A DNA stretch of 64,000 bases from Thermoplasmata archaeon (GTDB taxonomy: Archaea > Thermoplasmatota > Thermoplasmata > Lutacidiplasmatales > UBA184), in contig JAKIWI010000001.1 in the NCBI GenBank assembly GCA_022750115.1, forward strand, positions 222,419 through 286,418. Reading direction: 5' to 3'. Below are positions 19,992 to 28,619 of the stretch, piece after piece (position 1 is the first letter of the stretch; every line of letters starts with the position of its first letter). The notes beneath the pieces were generated by a model. That model was not told where the DNA came from. It ran no database searches and saw nothing but the letters and a program-made list of their open reading frames with translations. The position numbers were made by a program, and so were the translations under genes.

Positions 19992-20474
19992 TTAGGGAGC
20001 CGCGAGTTCCGCCGTCGGGGCCCGGGACGCTCGGGCCACGCGCTGCACGGTGTAGCGCACCGGCACGCGTCGGAGCCGATGCATCCAGTATCCGCACCGC
20101 GGGCACCGACGCCCGAGCGCCACCGCGCCGCCCTCGAGGGTCCGGTTGCGGATCTCGTGCAACGGTCCCGAGCAGACCGGACACTCGGACGGGACGGCCC
20201 CCCGGGTGACCTCCGCGTACCGGACTCCGAGCCGGACCCCCGGGAGCTCGACGAGAAGCGAGCGAAGCCGCGGACCGGCGATGCGCGCCCGGGGGTCCTC
20301 GGCGCGCAGCGCCGGGCGGAACGCGCGCAGAAAGGCGGCCTGCGAGGAGTAGCGCCCGACCCCGAACGACAGAAGCCGGTCGACGGCGGCGCGGACGGTG
20401 TCGGCGTCGGCCCGGTGGAACCGGGTCGACCGTTTCCGACTAGGAGACGGAACCGCGTCGGCCTTCGCGGGCAC
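19992..20474 (-). CDS. Hypothetical basic protein with a C-terminal Zn ribbon (CPVC...CPRCGYW)
   Basis: GTG 20474 preceded by GAGGAGG; overlaps the end of the upstream ATPase gene. Confidence 0.7.
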   Translation of the reverse strand: MPAKADAVPSPSRKRSTRFHRADADTVRAAVDRLLSFGVGRYSSQAAFLRAFRPALRAEDPRARIAGPRLRSLLVELPGVRLGVRYAEVTRGAVPSECPVCSGPLHEIRNRTLEGGAVALGRRCPRCGYWMHRLRRVPVRYTVQRVARASRAPTAELAAP

Positions 20475-21915
20475 CGATCTCCTCCTCGTAGAACTGGCGC
20501 GCGAAGGCGCTCTCCTCGGCCCCGATCGGGATCGGGCCGTCGCCGGGACGCGCGAAGTAGGCGACGATCGACGAGGCCGCCGCGAGCCGAACGGCGCGCT
20601 GCTTGAGCCGCGGCGAGAACTTCGGGTGGGGCGTGCGAGCGAGCGCACGCTCGCTGACCGCCCGCAGGACCGTGTAGAGCGAGGGGTCGAGGCGCACGGG
20701 ACGGGCGCGGAACCGGCCGGAGACGAGCGGGTGGTGGGTCTGGATCGCGTGGACGAGCGTGAGGTGATCCCGGATCCGCTCGGCGAGCGGGAACTCGATC
20801 GCGCCGAGCTCGAGGCGCTCCGCGCTGGTCTCGACCGCCCGGAACCGCTCGCGCGTCATCGGGTGGAACCGCAGCAGCATCCGGTCCTCGAGCGCGGCGA
20901 AGTTCGGGTCGGCGATCGTGGTCCAGTAGTCCGACGCGCCCATCGTGCGGACGTTGTAGTTGACGGTGAAGAACGAGCGGAAGGTGTACGGACCGACGGT
21001 GCCGAGCGTGGTCTCCCACTTCACCTCGCGCTGCTCCATGACGAGCTTGAGCGGTTCGACCATCCCCTTGTACTTGAACCAGTCATTGAACTCGGGAACG
21101 ATGAAATTGAACGTGCGCCCCGTGTACGACGCACCGACGCGCAGGAACTGGACCGGCGTGATGCCGCCGCAGTAGCGATTGCGGCCGGGGAGACCGTGCG
21201 GCGGCACGCCCGTCCGCGGATTGCCCCGGATCATGTCGTCGATCGCGAACGTCTTGCCGGTCCCGGGAGGTCCGAACAGCGCGAGATGGAATCCGGTCGT
21301 TCCGGTCGTCCGCCCGGTGGGGGCCATCAGTGGAACGTCGGCGAGCGCGTACTGCTGGAGGAGCGAGATCAGCGAGTCGACGTAGAGCGCCTCACCGAAC
21401 AACTCGCGAAGATAGCCCGCGAGCACGTCGACGGTGAACGTCCGTCCGAAGGCGAGCGTCGCCTCGAGGCGGTGGTGCAGAACTTCGCGGAGGACGTCGA
21501 CGAACTCGCTGTCCATGGAACGGATCTCGACTCCCTCATCGGGGACCGGCTGAAACCCGGCGGGCTCCGGCGCTTGGAGCCGGGCGACCTCGCCGAGCAG
21601 GATCCGGCGGAGTTCGTCGGGAAACGGGACGTGGTACCACCGGTCCGACTTGCCCTCCGGGAGCTCTTCGACGAGCCCGCGACGCTTGAGGCGCAGGAGG
21701 AGGCGGGAGGGGTCCTCGAACACCCGTTCCTTCAGAAGTCGGGCCCGCAGCTCGGTCAACCGGAACCGGGCGCGCGTCGTCGCAACGCCCCGAACGACCC
21801 GTCGGCGGTCGGAATCCGCCACGACATCCGCGAGGACGCGGGCCGTCGCCTCCTCTTCTTCGGCGATACCAAGGTCCGGGGCGGCCGCCACGAGGTCTCT
21901 CCGATTCTCCACCAA
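20440..21915 (-). CDS. N-terminal wHTH plus divergent MCM-like AAA+ ATPase
   Basis: Walker A HLALFGPPGTGKT, Walker B-like IVPEF, LKLVMEQREV (cf. MCM xHEAMEQ), ALEDR arginine finger, SPRLKQRAVRLA sensor 2. Exact start uncertain. Confidence 0.7.
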   Translation of the reverse strand: MVENRRDLVAAAPDLGIAEEEEATARVLADVVADSDRRRVVRGVATTRARFRLTELRARLLKERVFEDPSRLLLRLKRRGLVEELPEGKSDRWYHVPFPDELRRILLGEVARLQAPEPAGFQPVPDEGVEIRSMDSEFVDVLREVLHHRLEATLAFGRTFTVDVLAGYLRELFGEALYVDSLISLLQQYALADVPLMAPTGRTTGTTGFHLALFGPPGTGKTFAIDDMIRGNPRTGVPPHGLPGRNRYCGGITPVQFLRVGASYTGRTFNFIVPEFNDWFKYKGMVEPLKLVMEQREVKWETTLGTVGPYTFRSFFTVNYNVRTMGASDYWTTIADPNFAALEDRMLLRFHPMTRERFRAVETSAERLELGAIEFPLAERIRDHLTLVHAIQTHHPLVSGRFRARPVRLDPSLYTVLRAVSERALARTPHPKFSPRLKQRAVRLAAASSIVAYFARPGDGPIPIGAEESAFARQFYEEEIGAREGRRGSVS

Positions 21916-21946
21916 GTATAAGGGAGCGAGAATCGGAATCCGCCCC

Positions 21947-22501
21947 GTGGGGGGCAGCGCCTCGGCCTACGAGCGGGAGCTGAAGGAGCTCCTGCAGGCC
22001 AACCCCGACGCGTTGCTCCGCTACGCCCGCTCGCTGCCACCGGCCGACCGACCGACGCTCGACGCAGTGCGGCGCGCGCCCTTCCTCGTGGTCCGCGCGG
22101 CGGGCTCGCTCGGCTTCGACCTGGTGGCGATGCGCTCCGAGTTCGCCTTCCCGTTGGAGGTGAAGGCCTCGGCCTCCGACACGATCCGCTTCAGCGCGGC
22201 GAGCGGTCGCGCGTCGGCGCAGCTCGAGGCCCACCGGCGCGCGGTCCAGCGGGTCGGCCTCGTGATCCTCTACGCTTACCGACGGGTCGGTCGGGGGCAC
22301 GGCGAGCCATGGCGAGTGTACGCCGGCGGAGTCGGTCCGTCCACCGGTCGCTACCGGGTCCTCAATCGATGGCTGCCTCCGGTCGAGGCGACGAAGGAGG
22401 GAAACGGGGTGCTGCGTTGGGCGGCCGGAATGCCGCTCAGCCGATTCATGTCGATCGTGGCCGAGTTGACCGAGCCCGGCGTCGGCGCACCCCCGCCATG
22501 A
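21947..22501 (+). CDS. hjc: Archaeal Holliday junction resolvase (Hjc family)
   Basis: YERELKELL, FLVVRAAGSLG.DLVA, PLEVKAS (PD-(D/E)xK). TATAAG about 27 nt upstream of GTG 21947. Confidence 0.8.
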   Translation: MGGSASAYERELKELLQANPDALLRYARSLPPADRPTLDAVRRAPFLVVRAAGSLGFDLVAMRSEFAFPLEVKASASDTIRFSAASGRASAQLEAHRRAVQRVGLVILYAYRRVGRGHGEPWRVYAGGVGPSTGRYRVLNRWLPPVEATKEGNGVLRWAAGMPLSRFMSIVAELTEPGVGAPPP

Positions 22502-23640
22502 GGGTCGCCGTCACCGCGGCCGGCGTCGGCCGGTTCGGGAAGCGCAGCGAGACCTTGATCGATCTGCTGTGCGAAGCCGGGCGGGAGGCGCTCGACGGAA
22601 TCGGACGAAAGCCCGTTGACCTGCTGGTCGTCGCCCACATGGCCGGCGGTACGTTCGCGGGGGTCGAGAACACGGCGGCCAAGGTCGCCGACCAGCTCGG
22701 GCTCGACACCAGCGCGGGCTTCCGAGTGGAAGCCGCGAGCGCCAGCGGCGCCGCCGCGTTCCACGCCGCCGTCCCGCTCGTCGCGGCGGGGGGCTACGAT
22801 CGGGCCCTCGTCATCGCCGGCGAAAAGATGACCGACCTCCCGAGCGCGGAGGTCGCGAGGGTGCTCGCCCGCTCGCTCGCGCCGATGGAGATCGCGCACG
22901 GCGCGACCATGCCCGGTCTGGCGGCGCTCGTTGCGAGCCGCTACCTCACCCGGTACGGCGTGGGCGAGGACGCCCTCGACGCGGTCACCGTCGCCGCGCG
23001 GGCGGCCGCCGCTCGGAACCCGAACGCCCAGTTCCCCACGGCCGTCACCTCCGCGCAGGTGCGCGAGAGCCGGCCGATCGCTCTGCCGCTCCGTCTCCTC
23101 CACTGTTCGGCGGTGTCCGACGGAGCGGCCGCCCTCGTCCTCGAGCGCACCGCCGGCCCCGCGGGGGTACTCGGCCTCGGCCAGGCGACCGACCACATCG
23201 AACTCGTCGAGCGACCGGACCTGACGAGCTTCCGCGCGACGCAGGTCGCCGCGAAGCGCGCGTACGAGGCCGCCCGACAGACGCGCAAGGAGGTCGACTT
23301 TGCCGAGCTCCACGATGCGTTCGCCCCGTTCGCCCTCCTCGATCTGGAGGACATCGGTATCACCGGGCCGGGCGAGGGAGCCGCCTGGTTCCTGAACGGG
23401 TCGACCGCTTCGGATGGCCGGTTCCCGGTCAACCCCTCGGGCGGCATCCTGGGACGGGGCCACCCCGTCGGCGCCTCGGGGCTCGTCCAGATCGCCGAGG
23501 TCGCTCGTCAGCTCCGCGGTGAGTCCGGCCCGATGGCGATCGCCCGGCGGCCGAAGCGCGGCCTCGCCCAGTCGATCGGCGGCCTCGGCTCGCACAACTT
23601 CGTGACGCTCCTCGGGGACACGGGGGGAGGCGGTCGGTGA
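22498..23640 (+). CDS. Thiolase-family protein (archaeal/SCP2-type) with Ser at the usual catalytic Cys position
   Basis: RVEAASASG, GEKMTD, CSAVSDGAAA, ELHDAF, VNPSGG..GRGHPVGASG. ATGA overlap with hjc. Confidence 0.88.
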   Translation: MRVAVTAAGVGRFGKRSETLIDLLCEAGREALDGIGRKPVDLLVVAHMAGGTFAGVENTAAKVADQLGLDTSAGFRVEAASASGAAAFHAAVPLVAAGGYDRALVIAGEKMTDLPSAEVARVLARSLAPMEIAHGATMPGLAALVASRYLTRYGVGEDALDAVTVAARAAAARNPNAQFPTAVTSAQVRESRPIALPLRLLHCSAVSDGAAALVLERTAGPAGVLGLGQATDHIELVERPDLTSFRATQVAAKRAYEAARQTRKEVDFAELHDAFAPFALLDLEDIGITGPGEGAAWFLNGSTASDGRFPVNPSGGILGRGHPVGASGLVQIAEVARQLRGESGPMAIARRPKRGLAQSIGGLGSHNFVTLLGDTGGGGR

Positions 23641-23960
23641 GCGAAGTTCCCCCCCTCGCGATCGTTCGGTGCGACCACTGCCAGGCCCGGTTCCTCCCGC
23701 ATCCGGGCCTCTGCCCCCGCTGCGGCTCCGACGAGCTGGTCCGGACCGAGATCCCCGCGCACGCGACGGTCCTCGCCGCGACGGAGCTGCTCGCCCCCGC
23801 CGCCGGTTGGCCGAGCCCGCATCGACTCGCGATTCTCGAAGCCACCGAGTCGGTCCGGATCCTCGCCATCGTCCGGGGTCCGCTCCCGACCCTGGGAAGC
23901 GTGGTCGCCGTCCGTCGGACGAACGACCTCTACGAGGTCGTCCTGCCTTCGCCCGGTTGA
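23637..23960 (+). CDS. DUF35-like Zn-ribbon/OB-fold thiolase partner
   Basis: RCDHC..FLP...CPRCGS followed by a short OB-like region. GTGA overlap with the thiolase gene. Confidence 0.8.
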   Translation: MSEVPPLAIVRCDHCQARFLPHPGLCPRCGSDELVRTEIPAHATVLAATELLAPAAGWPSPHRLAILEATESVRILAIVRGPLPTLGSVVAVRRTNDLYEVVLPSPG

Positions 23961-23990
23961 ACGACCCGGGCGGACATATACCGCTCCCCA

Positions 23991-25790
23991 TTGGAGGGGC
24001 TGTTGGCCGTGCGCGCGCCCTCTCATCGCCTCGTGCCCTTGGCCCTCGTCATCGCCGTCGGGATCGTTCTCTCCACGTCTTTCGTGGTGGGACCCACGAC
24101 GCCCCGTTCTCCGCTGCCGATGCGGACCGCCGCCGCGCCGGCCGCCGTCGCGCACGCGGCGGTCGCCCGTCCGTATGCGGCGGATGTGGGATGGACCAAC
24201 ATGGAAGCCGCGGGCTCCGTGCCGGGACTGTTCTACCCGAGCCTTGCCTACGATGCGTTGGACGGCTACCTCGTACTCTTCGGTGGGTGCGGCGGGGTCT
24301 CGTGCAGCAACCCGTCGAACTCGACGTGGGTACTGCAGGACGGCGCTTGGACCCAGCTCCACCCGGCCGTCTCTCCGGCCGGGCGTCAGGAGGCGCAGAT
24401 GGCGTACGATGCGGCCGATGGCTATGTCCTGCTATTCGGGGGCGACGGCGCGGCCGGCGGACTCCACGACACCTGGTCGTTCGCGAACGGCATCTGGACC
24501 GAGCTCACCCCCGGCACGAACCCCGGGGCGAGGGTGGATGCCAATCTCGTCTACGACGCGGTGGACGGGTACTCGGTCCTGTTCGGCGGGTACGCCTGCG
24601 TCGGGACCTGCGGCACCTGGATCTACTCCCACTCGAACTGGACTCAACTGAACCTCTCGGTCTCGCCGTCGGACCGATACGCCGCGAGCATGGTCTACAG
24701 CCCGGCGATCGACAAGGTCGTGCTGTTCGGCGGCGCGGGGGCAAGCGGAGGTGTCCTGGCGGACACCTGGGAGTTCTCGGCCGGGACGTGGACCCAGTTC
24801 GGGGGCGCCGGGCCCGCGCTCCGGTCGGACGCCGAAGCCGGGTACGATGCGACCCTGGGAGCGGTCGTCCTGTTCGGCGGGTGGTACATCACGCTCAGCA
24901 ATTTCCCCGGGGTCGACTACGACGACACCTGGGAGTTCGGGAGCGCCGGATGGAGCCAGGCGCTCGCCGGAGCCTCCCCACCTCCCCTCACCGAGGGGGG
25001 AATGGCGTTCGACGGCGCCTCGGGCTCCGTCGTGGAGGTCGGAGGCTGCGCGTCCGTCGCCTGTCCTTCGTCCACGACGTGGGTGTTCGGGGCGACCGCG
25101 ACGGTGACGCTCGTCGCCGTGCCGCCGACCTGCGGCGCCGGGTCGATCGGCGGCAGCGCCCACGGGGCGACGACGATCACCGTGACCGAGGAGGTCTATC
25201 CGTTCTCTCCGTCCCCGTGCGCGCACTACTCGTTCCAGGGGTCCTCGGCGTCGGGCGACGTGAGCACGGGGGGCACTCCGCCATGGGTGAACGTCTCCGG
25301 GAACGGGACCCTGACCGCCGACTATCTGCCCCAGACCTACGAGGTACGGGTCCTCACCTCTCCGGCGAGCTGCGGGTCGGTGGAGATCGGCAACGTGAGC
25401 TACGCGAGCGGGCATTTCGTGAACCTGTCGTACGGGAGCTACAACCTGAGCGCCTCGGCCTGCGGCGGCGAGGTGTTCGACGAGTGGACTACGAACGGCT
25501 CCGAGCTCTCCGTCCCGGATTCGCTCGTGACGCCAGCCAACCTGAGCCTCGGCAGCAACGGCACGCTCACCGCGGTCTTCGCCCCCGTCGCCTCCCTGAC
25601 GAGCTCCACGCTCCTCGGGGTTCCCCTCCTCGGATGGATCGCGGTGGTCGGAGCGGTCCTCGCCGCGGTCGCAGTGGGCGCCTACCTCCGGATGAAACGA
25701 CCTCCCCCTGGGCCACCGCCGTCCGAGAGCCCGGTGCCGCCGGCAGATTGGGCCGGAGCCCCCCCGCCGCCGGGCGGACCCACGACCTGA
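23991..25790 (+). CDS. Kelch-repeat surface protein with two Cys-containing beta-sandwich repeats and a C-terminal TM
   Basis: Six MAYDAADGYVLLFGG..DTW-type units, signal peptide, TM WIAVVGAVLAAVAVGAYL, Pro-rich tail. Start may be GTG 24009. Confidence 0.85.
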   Translation: MEGLLAVRAPSHRLVPLALVIAVGIVLSTSFVVGPTTPRSPLPMRTAAAPAAVAHAAVARPYAADVGWTNMEAAGSVPGLFYPSLAYDALDGYLVLFGGCGGVSCSNPSNSTWVLQDGAWTQLHPAVSPAGRQEAQMAYDAADGYVLLFGGDGAAGGLHDTWSFANGIWTELTPGTNPGARVDANLVYDAVDGYSVLFGGYACVGTCGTWIYSHSNWTQLNLSVSPSDRYAASMVYSPAIDKVVLFGGAGASGGVLADTWEFSAGTWTQFGGAGPALRSDAEAGYDATLGAVVLFGGWYITLSNFPGVDYDDTWEFGSAGWSQALAGASPPPLTEGGMAFDGASGSVVEVGGCASVACPSSTTWVFGATATVTLVAVPPTCGAGSIGGSAHGATTITVTEEVYPFSPSPCAHYSFQGSSASGDVSTGGTPPWVNVSGNGTLTADYLPQTYEVRVLTSPASCGSVEIGNVSYASGHFVNLSYGSYNLSASACGGEVFDEWTTNGSELSVPDSLVTPANLSLGSNGTLTAVFAPVASLTSSTLLGVPLLGWIAVVGAVLAAVAVGAYLRMKRPPPGPPPSESPVPPADWAGAPPPPGGPTT

Positions 25791-25838
25791 CGTCCCACCA
25801 CCGTCCCCGGCAGGAAGCGGCCCGCCCGAGGCCTAGGA

Positions 25839-25953
25839 CGCGGGGAGGGGGAATTTCCGGCCGCCGGTCGGTCCCGACGCCCGTTTGAACCCCCGAGGTG
25901 AAATCACCACAGGATTAGCAATCCTGCGCCTTACCGGGCTGGGCCATCCCCGC
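25839..25953 (-). tRNA. tRNA-Ser(GCT) with a 31-nt intron in the T-loop (59/60; intron 25853-25883)
   Basis: Minus strand: acceptor GCGGGGA/TCCCCGC plus discriminator G, anticodon arm CAGGA-TTGCTAA-TCCTG, variable arm GGTG-ATTT-CACC, T arm GGGGG-TTCAAA[intron]T-CCCCC. Mature length 84 nt, no encoded CCA. Confidence 0.9.
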
Positions 25954-25978
25954 GCAGCGCGGCCGACGTCGGTGCGTC

Positions 25979-25986
25979 CTTTAAAG
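25979..25986 (-). promoter_or_regulatory. TATA box for tRNA-Ser (palindromic CTTTAAAG)
   Basis: About 26 nt upstream of the tRNA 5' end, in an otherwise very GC-rich context. Confidence 0.65.
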
Positions 25987-26053
25987 GTTCGGCCGTCGAG
26001 CGCCGCTGCCCCGTTATGTACCGAGGTCGCGCTCGGCGACCGGGGGAGACGCA

Positions 26054-27019
26054 TTGCGGGTCGCGAAGGCCGGAGTCGTCGGAGCGGGAACGATGGGGGC
26101 CGCGGTCGCGGAGCTCCTCGCGTTCAATGGGATCCCCGTCGTCCTGACGGACGTCGACCAGGCGGCCGTCGACGGCGGCCTCACCAGGGTTCGAGGGGTC
26201 GTCGACGAGCTCGTCCGATTTCACGCGACGCGGGCGGATCGCGAGCTCGCGAGGATCGCCGAGCTCGGTGTGGCGCTGAGCGCGGAGCAGTCCGAGGGCC
26301 TCCGAGCTCGGCTCGCCCCGAAGGTCGGGGTGCAGCGGGGCCATGAGGTCGTCGAGCGCGTCCGTGGGACGGTGGACTGGGCCGACTTCGGCGACGTCGA
26401 CTTCGTCGTGGAGGCCGTCTTCGAGCGCTACGAGGTGAAGCGGCCGGTCCTCGAACGACTCGACCGAGCGCTCCCCGAACACGCCGTGATCGGCTCCAAC
26501 ACGTCCTCGCTTTCGATCACGCGCCTCGCCCGCGGGCTCGCCCACGTTCGCTCGACGCTCGTGACCCATTTCTTCAACCCGCCCAGCACGCTCCCGCTCG
26601 TCGAGGTTTCCGGGGGCGTCGACACGCGCGAGGAGATCGTCCATGAGACCGTCGATTTCCTCCAGGGACTCCGGAACCACCGGTACCCGCTGCTCCCCGT
26701 GCGGGTGAAGGAGTCGCCCGCCTTCGTCGTGAACCGCCTGCTGCTCCCCGTCGTCAACGAAGCGTGCTTCGCCCTCGAGGAGGGACTTGCCTCCTCCCGG
26801 GACATCGACGCGGCGATGAAGGCGGGGGCCGGCCTTCCGATGGGCCCGTTCGAGCTCGCGGACCTGATCGGTCTCGACGTGATCCTCGAGGTCGCGGAGA
26901 CTCTCGTCCGCGACACGGGCGACCCGAAGTACCGGCCCTCGCCCGCCCTCCGCCGCCTCGTCGACGCCGGCCACCTTGGCCGCAAGACCGGGCGCGGGTT
27001 CTACGACTACACCACGTGA
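26054..27019 (+). CDS. hbd: 3-hydroxyacyl-CoA (3-hydroxybutyryl-CoA) dehydrogenase
   Basis: GVVGAGTMG, VVEAVFE, SNTSSLSI, HFFNP, FVVNRLL, PMGPFELADLIGLDV, LGRKTGRGFYDY. Confidence 0.9.
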   Translation: MRVAKAGVVGAGTMGAAVAELLAFNGIPVVLTDVDQAAVDGGLTRVRGVVDELVRFHATRADRELARIAELGVALSAEQSEGLRARLAPKVGVQRGHEVVERVRGTVDWADFGDVDFVVEAVFERYEVKRPVLERLDRALPEHAVIGSNTSSLSITRLARGLAHVRSTLVTHFFNPPSTLPLVEVSGGVDTREEIVHETVDFLQGLRNHRYPLLPVRVKESPAFVVNRLLLPVVNEACFALEEGLASSRDIDAAMKAGAGLPMGPFELADLIGLDVILEVAETLVRDTGDPKYRPSPALRRLVDAGHLGRKTGRGFYDYTT

Positions 27020-27174
27020 GTGCGCCGGAGCGAGAGCCGGTTCGATCGCGATTCGGCTGAGATCGGCACCCCGCGTTGCCTCCGCGCGGTGCCGGGGGCG
27101 ACCGACACGTGCGGCGGGCCGGCCATCGTGCGGCGGGGCCCGAGGCTTATCCGCACCGAGGCTCCGCGACTCCG

Positions 27175-27576
27175 ATGGCCCGATTCCCCTCGGCCGAATG
27201 GGCGAAGTTGCTCCAGATCGCGGTGAACGCGAACGCCGAGTACGCCGAAGCGGCGAAGGCGTGGGAGGGCGACGTCCTGCTCCGGGTGATCCCGGCGGAA
27301 CCTTCGGCCCTGGCCCAGGGCATTCACCTCGACCTGGCCCACGGGCGGTGTCGATCGGCGACGTTCGTTCCCGACACTCGCGAGACGGCCAGCGAGTTCG
27401 TGTTCGAGGCGCCGAACTCCGTCTGGGCGCTCCTGTTCCGTCAGGAGCTCGACCCGGTCCGCGCGATCCTCTCTCACGAGGTACGGCTTCGCGGCAACCT
27501 CGCGAAAGCGATGCGTTTCACGCGGGCCTCCGGCCTGCTCGTCGCCACCGCCGGGACGGTCCCAACCGAATTCTAG
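27175..27576 (+). CDS. SCP2 sterol/lipid-binding domain protein
   Basis: FPSAEW..VNANAEY..AAKAWEGD..W..LF..ELDPV.AIL...LRGNL pattern. Confidence 0.8.
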   Translation: MARFPSAEWAKLLQIAVNANAEYAEAAKAWEGDVLLRVIPAEPSALAQGIHLDLAHGRCRSATFVPDTRETASEFVFEAPNSVWALLFRQELDPVRAILSHEVRLRGNLAKAMRFTRASGLLVATAGTVPTEF

Positions 27577-28616
27577 GCCGCCGACGGTGTGGCGGGCGGG
27601 GAGGTGGGGACGGCGGACGGTGGAGCCGCGGCCGGCGTCGCGACCTTGGGCGGGACCGACGGCGCGGTCGTTGTGACCGGCTTTGTGGGGGGCGTGGGAG
27701 GCTTCGGCGGCGGCGGCATCAGCTGGCGCCGCAGGAAGGCGATGAGGTGGGCCCAGCCCATCTCGGCTCGATTCTGGTCGTAGGCGCGCAGATCGCGCGA
27801 GAGGAAGTTCGTGCCCACACCGGAAGCGAGGTCGAATTCGACCTGACCCGCGGGAAGTCGTCCGAACTGTCGCCGGCTCGCGGCGGCGCTGCGGTCCTTC
27901 GACCCCGAGAGGAAGAACACCCGGGCGGTCACGAGGTCGAGGGACTCGGGCGGGGTGACCGGGGCCGGGTACGCGAGCGCGAGCGCCGTGAGCTTCTGAT
28001 CCAGTCCCGCGACGCCGATGGCGATCGAGCCCCCCACGGAGAGCCCGAAGACCGCCGAGCGTTCGGGATCGACCATGTCGCGGGTGCGTAGGTACGCGAG
28101 CGCATCGGCGTAGTAGCGCGCCAACTTGCCCACGCGCGGCGAGGTGATCGGGATCGCGCCCTTCGTCCGCAGGGCGAAACGCGTCGCCAAGTGGTCCCCC
28201 GGGCCGAACAGGTTCGTCTTCCCCAGGTCGGGGAGGAGCACTTCGAACCCGGCGCGGGCGAAATGGATGCCCGCGTCGAGCAGGGAGGTCGTGAGGCCGT
28301 ACACCTCCGCGGTGACGAGAATGCAGGGCCGTCGGACTTGCTTCGTCGGGGAGAGGGCGACTGCCGAGGCGTCGCCCGAGGGGATGGTGTCCGTGGGGAA
28401 GCGCACCCGTTCGCTGCGGTACGGGGGGAGCGGAACGCCGGGCTTCGCCTTGGAGGCGGCCCAGGTCTTGTTGAGGAAATCGATCACGCAGAGCTTGTAG
28501 CGCTCCTTCGTGAGCACGATGACCGCCTGGCGGACCCCGCAGACGTCGCACGGGCCGACGATGCCGCTCCCGAACTCGAGTCCGGGCGTGCTGAGCAACC
28601 GGTCGTCGTCGCGCAT
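27573..28616 (-). CDS. Dienelactone hydrolase-fold protein with an N-terminal Cys finger; catalytic His apparently absent
   Basis: EVYGL, GFEVLLPDL, FGLSVGG nucleophile elbow, GSKD, and GVGTNF where GxxHGF is expected. N-terminal CDVC-x16-C. Confidence 0.75.
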   Translation of the reverse strand: MRDDDRLLSTPGLEFGSGIVGPCDVCGVRQAVIVLTKERYKLCVIDFLNKTWAASKAKPGVPLPPYRSERVRFPTDTIPSGDASAVALSPTKQVRRPCILVTAEVYGLTTSLLDAGIHFARAGFEVLLPDLGKTNLFGPGDHLATRFALRTKGAIPITSPRVGKLARYYADALAYLRTRDMVDPERSAVFGLSVGGSIAIGVAGLDQKLTALALAYPAPVTPPESLDLVTARVFFLSGSKDRSAAASRRQFGRLPAGQVEFDLASGVGTNFLSRDLRAYDQNRAEMGWAHLIAFLRRQLMPPPPKPPTPPTKPVTTTAPSVPPKVATPAAAPPSAVPTSPPATPSAA

Positions 28617-28619
28617 CGG

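Noticed and set aside
27019-27175. GGTTCGATC resembling a tRNA T-loop
   Set aside because: No T-stem, anticodon arm or acceptor stem can be formed.
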